Positions 46,076 through 59,367 of a stretch of DNA of 64,000 bases are shown here, one piece after another; the stretch's first letter is position 1; each line of letters opens with the position of its first letter. Source of the DNA: Bacillota bacterium (lineage in GTDB: Bacteria; Bacillota; Clostridia; Christensenellales; CAG-138); the NCBI GenBank assembly GCA_016282255.1, contig JAEEKE010000026.1, positions 19,990-83,989 of the forward strand, in the 5' to 3' direction. The translations under genes were made by a program, and so were the position numbers. The notes beneath the pieces were generated by a model. The model did no database searches. It had not been told where the DNA came from and saw nothing but the letters and a program-made list of their open reading frames with translations.

Positions 46076-47257
46076 ATGAAACAGGCTTATGAGTTTTTCC
46101 GCAAGGAGCTTGACGCGATCCGCGAGGCCGGTACCTGGCGCGAGGAGCGCATCATCACCACCGAGCAGCGCGCAAGGATCGACACCACCAAGGCGAAGGG
46201 CGTGCTCAACATGTGCGCCAACAACTACCTCGGCCTTGCCAACAATCCCGAGATCATTGCCGCCGCGAAGGCAAGCTACGAGAAGTGGGGCTACGGCCTT
46301 TCCTCCGTCCGCTTCATCTGCGGTACTCAGCAGATCCACAAGGAGCTTGAGCGCAAGCTGGCCGACTTCCTTGAGATGGACGACTGCATCCTCTACACCT
46401 CCTGCTTCGACGCAAACGGCGGCCTCTTCGAGACCATCCTTGGCGCGGACGACGCCATCATCTCCGACGAGCTGAACCATGCCTCCATCATCGACGGCGT
46501 GCGTCTGTGCAAGGCCAAGAGGTTCCGCTATAAGAACAACAATATGGACGACCTGCGCGCTCAGCTCGAGGCCGCGAAGGACTGCCGCATCAAGCTGGTC
46601 GCGACCGACGGCGTCTTCTCCATGGACGGCATCATCGCGAACCTTCCCGCGATCTGCGACCTCGCCGACGAATACGGCGCTCTCGTCATGGTCGACGACA
46701 GCCATGCCGTCGGTTTCATGGGCGAGCACGGCAAGGGCACTCACGAGGCCTGCGGCGTTATGGGCCGTGTGGACATCATCACCGGCACCCTTGGCAAGGC
46801 CATGGGCGGCGCTTCCGGCGGCTACACCTGCGCGCGTCAGGAGATCATCGACATGCTCCGCCAGAAGTCCAGGCCGTACCTCTTCTCCAACACCCTCGCT
46901 CCCGCGATCTGCGCCGCGTCCATCAAGGTCATCGACATGCTCAACGAGTCCACCGCGCTTCGCGACAAAGTGCATGAGAACACCAAGTACTTCCGCGAGC
47001 AGCTCGGCAAGATCGGCTTCGACGTCATCGAGAGCACCCATCCGATCGTGCCCGTCATGCTCTACGATCCCAAGATCGCTCAGGAGTTCGCGCGCCGCAT
47101 GCTCGATAAGGGCGTCTACGTAGTCGGCTTCTGCTATCCCGTCGTGCCCAAGGGCAAGGACAGGATCCGTACCCAGGTTTCCGCAGGCCACACCAAGGAA
47201 GACCTCGACTTTGCGGTCAAGTGCTTCAAGGAAGTCAAAGAGGAAATGGGTATCTGA
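46076..47257 (+). CDS. kbl: Glycine C-acetyltransferase (2-amino-3-ketobutyrate CoA ligase)
   Basis: Alpha-oxoamine synthase motifs [27 protein letters not shown] and GTLGKA (PLP Lys). Confidence 0.9.
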   Translation: MKQAYEFFRKELDAIREAGTWREERIITTEQRARIDTTKAKGVLNMCANNYLGLANNPEIIAAAKASYEKWGYGLSSVRFICGTQQIHKELERKLADFLEMDDCILYTSCFDANGGLFETILGADDAIISDELNHASIIDGVRLCKAKRFRYKNNNMDDLRAQLEAAKDCRIKLVATDGVFSMDGIIANLPAICDLADEYGALVMVDDSHAVGFMGEHGKGTHEACGVMGRVDIITGTLGKAMGGASGGYTCARQEIIDMLRQKSRPYLFSNTLAPAICAASIKVIDMLNESTALRDKVHENTKYFREQLGKIGFDVIESTHPIVPVMLYDPKIAQEFARRMLDKGVYVVGFCYPVVPKGKDRIRTQVSAGHTKEDLDFAVKCFKEVKEEMGI

Positions 47258-47275
47258 CCGGAATAATATATTTCA

Positions 47276-47302
47276 AGAAGGGCGGCAAAAGGCCGTCCTT
47301 CT
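47276..47302 (+). terminator. Hairpin after kbl (no clear U-tract)
   Basis: AGAAGGGCGGC aaaag GCCGTCCTTCT (one G-U pair). It is directly followed by the trpS extended -10. Confidence 0.4.
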
Positions 47303-47303
47303 G

Positions 47304-47312
47304 TGCTATAAT
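47304..47312 (+). promoter_or_regulatory. Extended -10 element (TGcTATAAT) upstream of trpS
   Basis: TGCTATAAT lies 34 nt before the trpS ATG. No good -35 is seen. Confidence 0.4.
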
Positions 47313-47345
47313 ACCGATAATTATTTAAAAAAGGAGGGTCCTGAT

Positions 47346-48335
47346 ATGGACAAGAAAATTATCCTCAGCGGTATCAAGCCTACCGGCATTCCCACACTCG
47401 GCAACTACATAGGGGCTCTCCGCAACTGGCGCCTTCTTCAGCAGGACGACAAGTACTGCTATTATATGGTCGCTGATATGCATGCGCTGACGGTTCGAAA
47501 CGATCCCGCCGAGCTTCGTCAGCAGACCCGCTCGATGGCCGCGCTGCTGATCGCCTGCGGCATCGACCCGGAGCGTTCTCCGCTGTTCATCCAGAGCCAC
47601 GTGCATCAGCACGCCGAGCTCTCATGGCTGCTCGGCTGCACCACCTACATGGGCGAGCTCAACCGCATGACCCAGTTCAAGGATAAATCCGCCAAGCATG
47701 CCGACAATATCAATGCCGGCCTCTACACCTATCCCGTGCTCATGGCTGCGGATATCCTGATCTACGGCGCGGATATGGTGCCCGTGGGCGATGACCAGAA
47801 GCAGCACGTTGAGCTTGCGCGCAATATCGCGATCCGCTTCAACAACGCTTTCGGCGAGACCTTCGTGGTCCCCGAGCCCGTGATGCCGAAGTTCGGCGCA
47901 AGGATCATGGGCCTTCAGGATCCCGAGCATAAGATGAGCAAGACGGATACCAATCCCAACGGCTATATCTCGATGCTCGACGACCCCGCCGTCATCACCA
48001 AGAAGTTCAAGAAAGCCGTCACCGACTGCGAGCCGACGATCGCGTATGCGGAGGGCCGTTACGGCTGCAACAATCTGCTGACGATCTACTGCGCCTGCAC
48101 CGGCAAGACCATGGACGAGGCCGTTAAGGACTTCGAGGGCTGCGGTTACGGCAAGCTCAAGGTCGCGGTGGCCGACGCCGTTATAGCCGAGTTGGAGCCT
48201 ATCCAGGCGATCTACAAGCAGTACATGGCCGATGAATCGGGCCTTGACCGCATCGTAGCTAAAGGCGCAGAGCAGGCGCGTGAGCGCGCACAGAAGACGC
48301 TTGACGCCGCTTATAAGGCCGTCGGCCTCAGATAA
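47346..48335 (+). CDS. trpS: Tryptophan--tRNA ligase
   Basis: AAGGAGGG RBS. Class I signatures GIKPTGIPTLGNYIG (HIGH region variant) and KMSKT (KMSKS). Confidence 0.95.
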   Translation: MDKKIILSGIKPTGIPTLGNYIGALRNWRLLQQDDKYCYYMVADMHALTVRNDPAELRQQTRSMAALLIACGIDPERSPLFIQSHVHQHAELSWLLGCTTYMGELNRMTQFKDKSAKHADNINAGLYTYPVLMAADILIYGADMVPVGDDQKQHVELARNIAIRFNNAFGETFVVPEPVMPKFGARIMGLQDPEHKMSKTDTNPNGYISMLDDPAVITKKFKKAVTDCEPTIAYAEGRYGCNNLLTIYCACTGKTMDEAVKDFEGCGYGKLKVAVADAVIAELEPIQAIYKQYMADESGLDRIVAKGAEQARERAQKTLDAAYKAVGLR

Positions 48336-48355
48336 CCTCGGATCATACACAATAC

Positions 48356-48407
48356 CGCCGGAAGGGAGCACTTTGCAAGGAAGCACCTCCTTCCGGCGTA
48401 TTTTTTT
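48356..48407 (+). terminator. Rho-independent terminator of trpS
   Basis: CGCCGGAAGGGAG ... CTCCTTCCGGCG followed by TATTTTTTT. Confidence 0.8.
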
Positions 48408-48525
48408 GGGATTGACGCAGGTTCATCTTGACTCTAAATGCAATGAATGGTATTCTGTTAAGCAACAACAGCCGAATTGTTGTCGCTGTCGCTTAAGCCG
48501 GAAAAGGATAACGGGGGAAAACTAT

Positions 48526-49254
48526 ATGGATATTCAAAAGACCATCCGCGATTTTTTACTCGGAAAGCTTGACATCGTTTCATTTCGATCAATATACGAC
48601 AGTGATCCGTCGATAGAGCAGTTCCTTCAATCCGTTATCGACGAAATCAAGGCCACCGGACGTCCGCTGAAAAAGTATCGCTGCACGGCTGCAGGCCGTG
48701 AGTTTGAAAGCACAGGTCAGATCGAATACCTCCTGTCGCCTGAAACATCTCCGGGGCTTATCTACGGAAACCATAAATTTGATTCCGTTCACACTTTTTT
48801 GACCTATGAGTGGAGAATGATCACTCACGATGTTGAGACGGCTGCAGGCGCGTGTGCGTTTTATGACGGCGTTTACTCGATCTATTATCAGATCGATCAA
48901 AGCATTCCGTGGTCCGACCGGTACAGCCTTGCATATGGATTTGCGCTGGATGTTATCCCGGAATACCTTTCCGGCGGCGAGGCTGAGAAATACATTCAAA
49001 AAAACATCATCCCGCTGTTTCCCGATAGTATGAAAAAGACCGAAAGGAAAAAGGCGATAAAGGCGAAGATCCGGGAAGAATTCAAAAGTGAGAAGGGCTA
49101 TCCTTGCTGGGCGCAAAGCTCCGATTGGCCGCTCGGAAAGGACGGACGACCGACAACTTACATTGGAAAGGGAAAAAGTGAAGGCGATTTAAGGCGTTGG
49201 CGTTTTCGGGACGAATCTACGGGAGAGATCCTTGTCGTAGAGCAGTATCTGTAA
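48526..49254 (+). CDS. Hypothetical protein (242 aa), lower G+C than the flanks
   Basis: GGGGGA RBS and a clean ORF bracketed by two terminators. No family recognised. C-terminal motif GYPCWAQSSDWPLGKDGRP. Confidence 0.6.
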   Translation: MDIQKTIRDFLLGKLDIVSFRSIYDSDPSIEQFLQSVIDEIKATGRPLKKYRCTAAGREFESTGQIEYLLSPETSPGLIYGNHKFDSVHTFLTYEWRMITHDVETAAGACAFYDGVYSIYYQIDQSIPWSDRYSLAYGFALDVIPEYLSGGEAEKYIQKNIIPLFPDSMKKTERKKAIKAKIREEFKSEKGYPCWAQSSDWPLGKDGRPTTYIGKGKSEGDLRRWRFRDESTGEILVVEQYL

Positions 49255-49319
49255 GAATGCTTTTGTCATTCGCAAAAAGAGCATCGGATTTCGCACCATC
49301 CCAAAAAGGACAGAGACAG

Positions 49320-49360
49320 AACCGGCGTGACCAATGAAAGCCACGCCGGTTTGATGTTTT
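49320..49360 (+). terminator. Rho-independent terminator of the hypothetical gene
   Basis: AACCGGCGTG ...loop... CACGCCGGTT followed by TGATGTTTT. Confidence 0.7.
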
Positions 49361-49414
49361 GATGCCTCAAAGCACTTATTTTCTTGACGAGGAGTGCCCC
49401 GAAGTGTTTTTTCG

Positions 49415-50383
49415 TTACTTGATCACCTTATAGATCTCGTCGGCGTCGGGTGGCTCTATCGGCGTTCCGTCGTCGAACCGTACGCCCTCGCCGCCTGCCC
49501 TGCCGATAATAAATGCGGCGACGCCTATTGATCGAAGGCCCTGAGCCATCGCCTCGCCGTCAGGGCAGGCGATAAGCATGCAGCCGCTTGAAATAAGGCG
49601 CAGCGGATCGATGCCCACGGCAGCCGAGAGCTTTGCGGTCACCGGGTGGACGGCGATGCTGTTTCTGAATATGGTAAGCCCGCAGCCGCTTGCGTCGGCA
49701 AGCTCCCAGCAGGCGCCGAGGACGCCGCCCTCGGTCGCATCGTGCATAGCGGTCGCGCCGTGGTCGGCGGCATACATCCCTTCTTTGACAACGTTCGTCT
49801 TGGCTGCAAAGGAATGCGCCTCGGCGATCTCTTCTTCGGTAAGGATCTCGTTTATATGCGGGATCTCGTCCGCAAGGATGTTCGCGCCTTCAAGCCCTGC
49901 ATGCTTAGTCATGATAAGGCTGTCGCCCTCGCGCATGCCGCGCGGGGAGATGATGCCGTTTTTGCCTTCTTTAGCTATGACCGTGGTGCAGGTGACGATG
50001 CGGCTCACGGCGTGCGTGATCTCGGTGTGACCGCCTATGACGTCGACGTTTGCGTTGTCCGCCGCCTCGATGAGCTCGTCCATCAGATCGGATATCTCCT
50101 GCTCGGTGACGGTGGGGGGGAGCAGCAGCGTGACCATCAGGCCGATCGGCTCGGCGCCCGACGCGGCGGCGTCGTTGCAGCATACGTTGACGGACAGGCT
50201 GCCGATCCTCGTCTGAGCGGCGGTGATCGGGTCACAGCTGAGCACGGTCAGACGGTCGCCTATATCCACTGCGGTGCAGTCGACGCCGATGCCGGAGGCC
50301 ATTACGACCTCGCTTCGTTTATGCTTAAGCTTCTCGAGGATCAGCCTGTCGAGCTGTTCGTTTGTCAGTTTTCCGACTCTCAT
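49415..50383 (-). CDS. AIR synthase-related (PurM superfamily; HypE/ThiL/SelD-like) protein of unknown function
   Basis: The ATG at 50383 lies 1 nt after the ligA stop. PurM-type N-domain (GIGVDCTAVDIG...DPIT) and the C-domain pattern GGHTE. 322 aa. Confidence 0.75.
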   Translation of the reverse strand: MRVGKLTNEQLDRLILEKLKHKRSEVVMASGIGVDCTAVDIGDRLTVLSCDPITAAQTRIGSLSVNVCCNDAAASGAEPIGLMVTLLLPPTVTEQEISDLMDELIEAADNANVDVIGGHTEITHAVSRIVTCTTVIAKEGKNGIISPRGMREGDSLIMTKHAGLEGANILADEIPHINEILTEEEIAEAHSFAAKTNVVKEGMYAADHGATAMHDATEGGVLGACWELADASGCGLTIFRNSIAVHPVTAKLSAAVGIDPLRLISSGCMLIACPDGEAMAQGLRSIGVAAFIIGRAGGEGVRFDDGTPIEPPDADEIYKVIK

Positions 50384-50384
50384 T

Positions 50385-54665
<4,281 letters not shown>

Positions 54666-54676
<11 letters not shown>

Positions 54677-55853
54677 AAGAGGATAACTTCAGCGAATCGA
54701 CGGCAGCTTTGAGCCTGCTAAGGGCTTTATCGAGCTGCGCTGCGGGAAGGGCAAGGTTCCAGCGTTCGAAGCCGCTTCCGTTCTCACCGAACAGATAGCC
54801 CTCATCGAGTGCAAGGCCGTGATCGAGCGTCAGCTTCTCGAGCGCTTTATTATCGAGCCCGAGCGCGCGCATATCGACCCACGCAAGGTAGGTGCCCTCA
54901 AGCTCCGTGACCGAAAGCATGGGGAGTTCCTTCGCGATAAAGGCTTTGAGCGTAAGAAAATTCTTATAGACGGCGTCGTTTAGCTCGTCGACCCAGCCCG
55001 CGCTCTCTTCATATGCGGCGATGGTCGCGGCCCTCGCAAAATAAGGGACGAGCCCGCTGCCGAAACGGTCGGAGAGCGATTTGAACTTCTCTGATAGAGA
55101 GGGATCCGCAAAGAAAATGTTGGAGCAGCCTAGGCCGGCAAGATTGAAGGTCTTGCTCACGGCGGTGCAGGTGACAGAATGCTCCGCCATGCCGGGAATG
55201 GACGCGAAGACGGTGTGCTGCGCGCCGTTCATCAGAAGGTCGTTGTGGATCTCGTCGGCGATAATCAAAACGTTGTTCCTTATGCAGATCTCTCCGAGCC
55301 TCGTCAGCTCCTCGCGCGACCAGACGCGGCCGACGGGATTATGCGGGCTGCAGAGCAGGAAAAGCTTAACGTCGTCGGGTCTGGTCTTCTCATCGAGATC
55401 CTCATAGTCCATCTCATAGCGGCCGTTCACGTTTTTAAGCGGGTTCTCGACGATCCGCCGTCCGTTGATCCTGACGGCGTGGGCGAACTGCATATAGACG
55501 GGCGACTGTATGACCACGCCTTCTCCGGGCTCGGTAAACGCAGCCACGGCAAGGCTGAGCGCGGGGACGACGCCGGTCGTGGTGACGAGCTTAAAGCCTG
55601 AGGGATCCCAGTTATGCCTGCGCATCATCCAGCCGTTTACGGCGCTGCGGTATGCTTTATCGGCATAGGTGTATCCGAAGATCCCCCGGTCGGCGGCGGC
55701 CTTGATCGCCTCGCGGATGGGCGGGGCGACGGCGAACTCCTGATCGGCGATCGTCAGGGGCACAAGACCCGAGCCCTTAACGGGCTCGGGTGCGAAATCT
55801 ATCTTGATCGAACCGGTACCGGTGCGGTCTATGGGTGTTGTGAAATCGTACAT
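54666..55853 (-). CDS. patB: MalY/PatB family PLP-dependent C-S lyase / aminotransferase
   Basis: The N-terminus FTTPIDRTGTGSIK is the family hallmark. PLP Lys region SKTFNLAGL. The stop overlaps the pcrA start by 11 nt. Confidence 0.85.
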
Positions 55854-55855
55854 GG

Positions 55856-56431
55856 TTATTCGGCGAAGCTGTAGCCGCGATCGAAGGCCTTGAGGTTGAC
55901 GTCGAGGAACTTGGGCTTAACGCACTGCTCGATCGCCTTATGCCACTCGTCGACGGAGAAGGGCAGCTTCTTGGCCGCCGCGCCCATCAGCACGACGTTC
56001 GCTGCGCGGTAGGTGCCGCATTCATGCGCGATCTCGACCGCGTTGAGCTCAACGGTCTTCGCTGCCGCGCGGGTGCGCTCGAGGCAGTCCTCGGGGTACT
56101 TGGTAGCGCCGGTGATGACGGGCATCGGCATGATCTCCTGAGTGTTGATGATAACGGTCCCGTCGGGCTTAAGGTAGGGGAGCGCGCGCAGCGCCTCGAG
56201 GTTTTCAAAGGCAAGCACGATGTCGGCCTGTCCCTGCTCCACGATGGAGGAATAGATGGGCTGATCGTTGCTGATACGTACGTAGGTGACGACGCTGCCG
56301 CCGCGCTGGCTCATACCGTGGACCTCGCTGACGCGGACGTCGTAACCGTTGTTCATTGCGAGCTGGCCGAGGATCTTGCTGGCAAGCAGCGTACCCTGAC
56401 CGCCGACACCGACAATAACGATATTAAACAT
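55856..56431 (-). CDS. iorB: Indolepyruvate:ferredoxin oxidoreductase beta subunit
   Basis: GGAGG RBS. N-terminus NIVIVGVGGQGTLLASKILG. 191 aa, immediately downstream of iorA. Confidence 0.9.
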   Translation of the reverse strand: MFNIVIVGVGGQGTLLASKILGQLAMNNGYDVRVSEVHGMSQRGGSVVTYVRISNDQPIYSSIVEQGQADIVLAFENLEALRALPYLKPDGTVIINTQEIMPMPVITGATKYPEDCLERTRAAAKTVELNAVEIAHECGTYRAANVVLMGAAAKKLPFSVDEWHKAIEQCVKPKFLDVNLKAFDRGYSFAE

Positions 56432-56445
56432 AACGAATTACCTCC

Positions 56446-58173
56446 TTAACCTTGAACGTGGAGCGCACCGAAGCGGCAGAGCTGCTCGCAGAGGCCGCAG
56501 CCGACGCACTGAGTGGGATCGACGGCAACGCCGGTCTCGGTCTTACGGATGGCGGGGCAGCCGATCTTCATGCACATGCCGCAGTTCTTGCACTTGGTCG
56601 TGTCGCAGACGAACGGGACGCCGGGCTGCTTGACGATGAGCGCGCAGGGCCTGCGGGAGATGATGACCGAGAGCTCCTCGCGCGCGGTCTCTTCGCGGAC
56701 GACCTTTTCAAGCTCTTTAAGGTCGAAGGGATCGACTACGCGAACGTGCTCGATGCCCATCGCTTCGCAAAGCTTGACGATATCGAGCGCAACGGTGGGA
56801 TCGCCGTGGATATCCTTGCCGTTAGCGGGGTTGTTCTGATGGCCGGTCATGCCGGTGATGGAGTTGTCCGCAACGATGACGGTGCCGACCGCGCGGTTAT
56901 ACGCCATGTTGAGGAGGCCGGTCAGGCCGCTGTGGCAGAAGGTGGAGTCGCCGAGGACGGCAACTGTCTTCTTGGCCTGTTCGTGGCCGCGGGCCTTCTC
57001 CATGCCGTGCGCCATGCCGATGGAAGCGCCCATGCAGACGCAGGTATCTACGCCGCTGAGCGGGGGCAGCGCGCCGAGGGTGTAGCAGCCGATATCGGAG
57101 CAGACGGTCAGCTTGAGCTTGCCGAGCACGTGATAGAGGCCGCGATGCGGGCAGCCGGGGCAGAGCACGGGGGGACGGGCGGGGATGCCCTCGGTATTCA
57201 TGGGACCGACGGGCTCTTCGCCGTTGAACTTGTTGGCGATCTTATGCATGAAGAGCTCGCCCTGAACGCCGGTAAGCTCCTTGCCGGTGCATTTGATGCC
57301 CCAGGCCTTGATGGTGTCCTCATAGAAGGGCTCCATATCCTCAATGACGTAGAGCGTCTCGACGCCGGCGGCGAATTCTTCGATGAGCTTCCTGGGCATC
57401 GGGTAGGCGAGACCGAGCTTGAGCACGGAGGCCTCGGGCATAGCTTCCTTGACGTAGTTATACGCGGCGCCGGAGGTGATGACGCCGACCTTGCGGTCCG
57501 CCCATTCGATCCTGTTGACAGGAAGGGTGTTGGCGTCCTCGGCAAGCTTCTTCTCACGCTCTTCAACGTAGAGATGGCGGCCGATCATATTGGCGGGCAT
57601 GGAGACGTATTTCTTGATATCGCGCTTATACTCGCGGAGCGGTACTTCAACGCGGTCTTCAAGCTCAACGAGCGTCCTTGCGTGCGCGATGCGGGTGGTG
57701 ACGCGAAGAATGACGGGGGTATCGTATTTTTCGCTGATCTCATAGCCGAGTTTGAGGAAATCCTTGCATTCCTGGCTGCTGGAGGGGTCGAGGATCGGAG
57801 CATGGGAAGCGCGTGCAAGCATGCGGGTATCCTGTTCGTTCTGCGAGGAGTGCATACCGGGATCGTCGGCGACGACGACTACCATGCCGGCGTTGACGCC
57901 GGTATAGGTCGCGGTGAAGAACGGGTCCGCTGCAACGTTGAGGCCGACGTGCTTCATGCAGGCGAGGCTGCGAGCGCCGCTGACGGCTGCGCCGAGGGCG
58001 ACTTCGACGGCGACTTTCTCATTGGGAGCCCATTCGGAATAGATCTCCGGATAAGTTGCAACGTTTTCGTTGATCTCTGTGCTGGGGGTGCCGGGATAAG
58101 CGCTTGAAACGCGAACGCCCGCTTCATAGGCGCCCCTTGCGATCGCTTCGTTACCAAGCAAAAGCTTTTTCAA
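56446..58173 (-). CDS. iorA: Indolepyruvate:ferredoxin oxidoreductase alpha subunit
   Basis: TTG start at 58173, 7 nt after AAGGAGG (LKKLLLGNEAIARGAYEAG). TPP motif GDSTFCHSG. C-terminal 2x[4Fe-4S] motifs CKNCGMCMKIGCP and CVGCGLCEQLC. Confidence 0.9.
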   Translation of the reverse strand: MKKLLLGNEAIARGAYEAGVRVSSAYPGTPSTEINENVATYPEIYSEWAPNEKVAVEVALGAAVSGARSLACMKHVGLNVAADPFFTATYTGVNAGMVVVVADDPGMHSSQNEQDTRMLARASHAPILDPSSSQECKDFLKLGYEISEKYDTPVILRVTTRIAHARTLVELEDRVEVPLREYKRDIKKYVSMPANMIGRHLYVEEREKKLAEDANTLPVNRIEWADRKVGVITSGAAYNYVKEAMPEASVLKLGLAYPMPRKLIEEFAAGVETLYVIEDMEPFYEDTIKAWGIKCTGKELTGVQGELFMHKIANKFNGEEPVGPMNTEGIPARPPVLCPGCPHRGLYHVLGKLKLTVCSDIGCYTLGALPPLSGVDTCVCMGASIGMAHGMEKARGHEQAKKTVAVLGDSTFCHSGLTGLLNMAYNRAVGTVIVADNSITGMTGHQNNPANGKDIHGDPTVALDIVKLCEAMGIEHVRVVDPFDLKELEKVVREETAREELSVIISRRPCALIVKQPGVPFVCDTTKCKNCGMCMKIGCPAIRKTETGVAVDPTQCVGCGLCEQLCRFGALHVQG

Positions 58174-58355
58174 TTGTTTTTCCTCCTTTGTTGTTCTGAG
58201 CCAAGACCGGCTCTGCATATAAGCTTCCACTCCTATTATATTAGATTTCGGGCAGTAAATAAAGAGCAAATCGCCAATATATTGAAAGGAAAATTATATA
58301 CTTTGACCGACTGCCGCGCAGATAGAATCAAAAGAAGATATGTTGCATTCTTGTG

Positions 58356-58384
58356 TTGATATTCGGACGGGTTTAAGGTATAAT
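58356..58384 (+). promoter_or_regulatory. Putative promoter of the ECF-S-like gene
   Basis: TTGATA, a 17-nt spacer, then TATAAT, leaving a leader of about 60 nt. Confidence 0.5.
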
Positions 58385-58453
58385 TAATTGTTGCCGTTGA
58401 CCGTTCGCTTCAATATAAGTGCGGCGGAATTTTTTGCGGCATGGAGTTTCATA

Positions 58454-59308
58454 ATGCAGGAGAAATCTCTTACACCCGGTTCCAAAAGAATATCCCGAAT
58501 GACGCGCACGGTGGTCGGCCTCGGCCTGCTTACCGCGATCGTCGTCGTGCTCCAGTTCGTCGGCGCGACGATAAAGTTCGGCACTTTTTCGATCTCGCTC
58601 GTACTGATGCCGATCGTGATCGGCGCGGCGCTGTACGGCGTGTTCGCCGGCGCGTGGCTCGGCCTCGTGTTCGGCGTGGTGGTGCTGCTTTCGGGCGACG
58701 CCGCGACTTTTATGGCGATCAACCCCTTCGGTACGATCGTTACCGTGCTTTTAAAAGGCATTCTCGCAGGTGCTGTCGCCGGCCTTGTGTATCAGCTGCT
58801 TTCGGGACGGCAGACTACCGGCAGGGCGGCTATGATCATCAGCAGTCTTCTGATGCTCGGCGCGGGCGTATTCTGCATCATTTTCGGCGCTCAGCAGAAC
58901 AGCGGCTCGCTCGATGAAGAGGTCATGGCCCTGGTCCGCGACGCTTCCTCCGCCAATGCGCATCCCGGCAATGCCTGGATCATCGTGGGCATAGTGCTTG
59001 CCGTCGTTGCAGCCGCTATATTTGCTTTCGTCATCATAAAGAAGCCGACGATCGATATTTCCGCCGCCGTCTTTGCATCGGCGGCGATCTGCCCGATCGT
59101 CAACACCGGCGTATTCCTTCTCGGCTGCAAACTCTTCTTCTATGAGACCATAAAGGCCTGGGCGGGCGGATCGAACGTCGGTACCTTCATGATCGTAGGT
59201 CTGGTGGGTCTGAACTTCGTATTCGAGCTCGCGATAAACCTGATACTGAGCCCGGCGATCGTCATGCTGATCCGTTACGGCGAAAAGAGCATAGCAAAGA
59301 AGAAGTGA
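58454..59308 (+). CDS. Polytopic membrane protein resembling an ECF-transporter S (substrate-capture) component, with an inserted helix pair
   Basis: GGAG RBS. The N-terminal half matches the S-component pattern by eye (TAIVVVLQFVG...ISLVLMPIVIGAALYG). About 90 extra residues lie mid-protein. No ECF A/T genes are nearby. Confidence 0.5.
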   Translation: MQEKSLTPGSKRISRMTRTVVGLGLLTAIVVVLQFVGATIKFGTFSISLVLMPIVIGAALYGVFAGAWLGLVFGVVVLLSGDAATFMAINPFGTIVTVLLKGILAGAVAGLVYQLLSGRQTTGRAAMIISSLLMLGAGVFCIIFGAQQNSGSLDEEVMALVRDASSANAHPGNAWIIVGIVLAVVAAAIFAFVIIKKPTIDISAAVFASAAICPIVNTGVFLLGCKLFFYETIKAWAGGSNVGTFMIVGLVGLNFVFELAINLILSPAIVMLIRYGEKSIAKKK

Positions 59309-59367
59309 CGGAGCTTTGCTGATACTGGCGGCTGAACGGCTTAACTATGGAAAAAAGGGATAATATT

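Noticed and set aside
47258-47345. T-box leader upstream of trpS
   Set aside because: The intergenic region is only 88 nt and has no GGUGGUACC-type T-box motif. It contains just a hairpin and an extended -10.
58385-58453. Riboswitch (preQ1, THF or other) in the leader of the ECF-S-like gene
   Set aside because: The leader is only about 60 nt. I could not find the preQ1-type stem plus A-rich tail or any other known consensus, and there is no terminator or sequestering hairpin.
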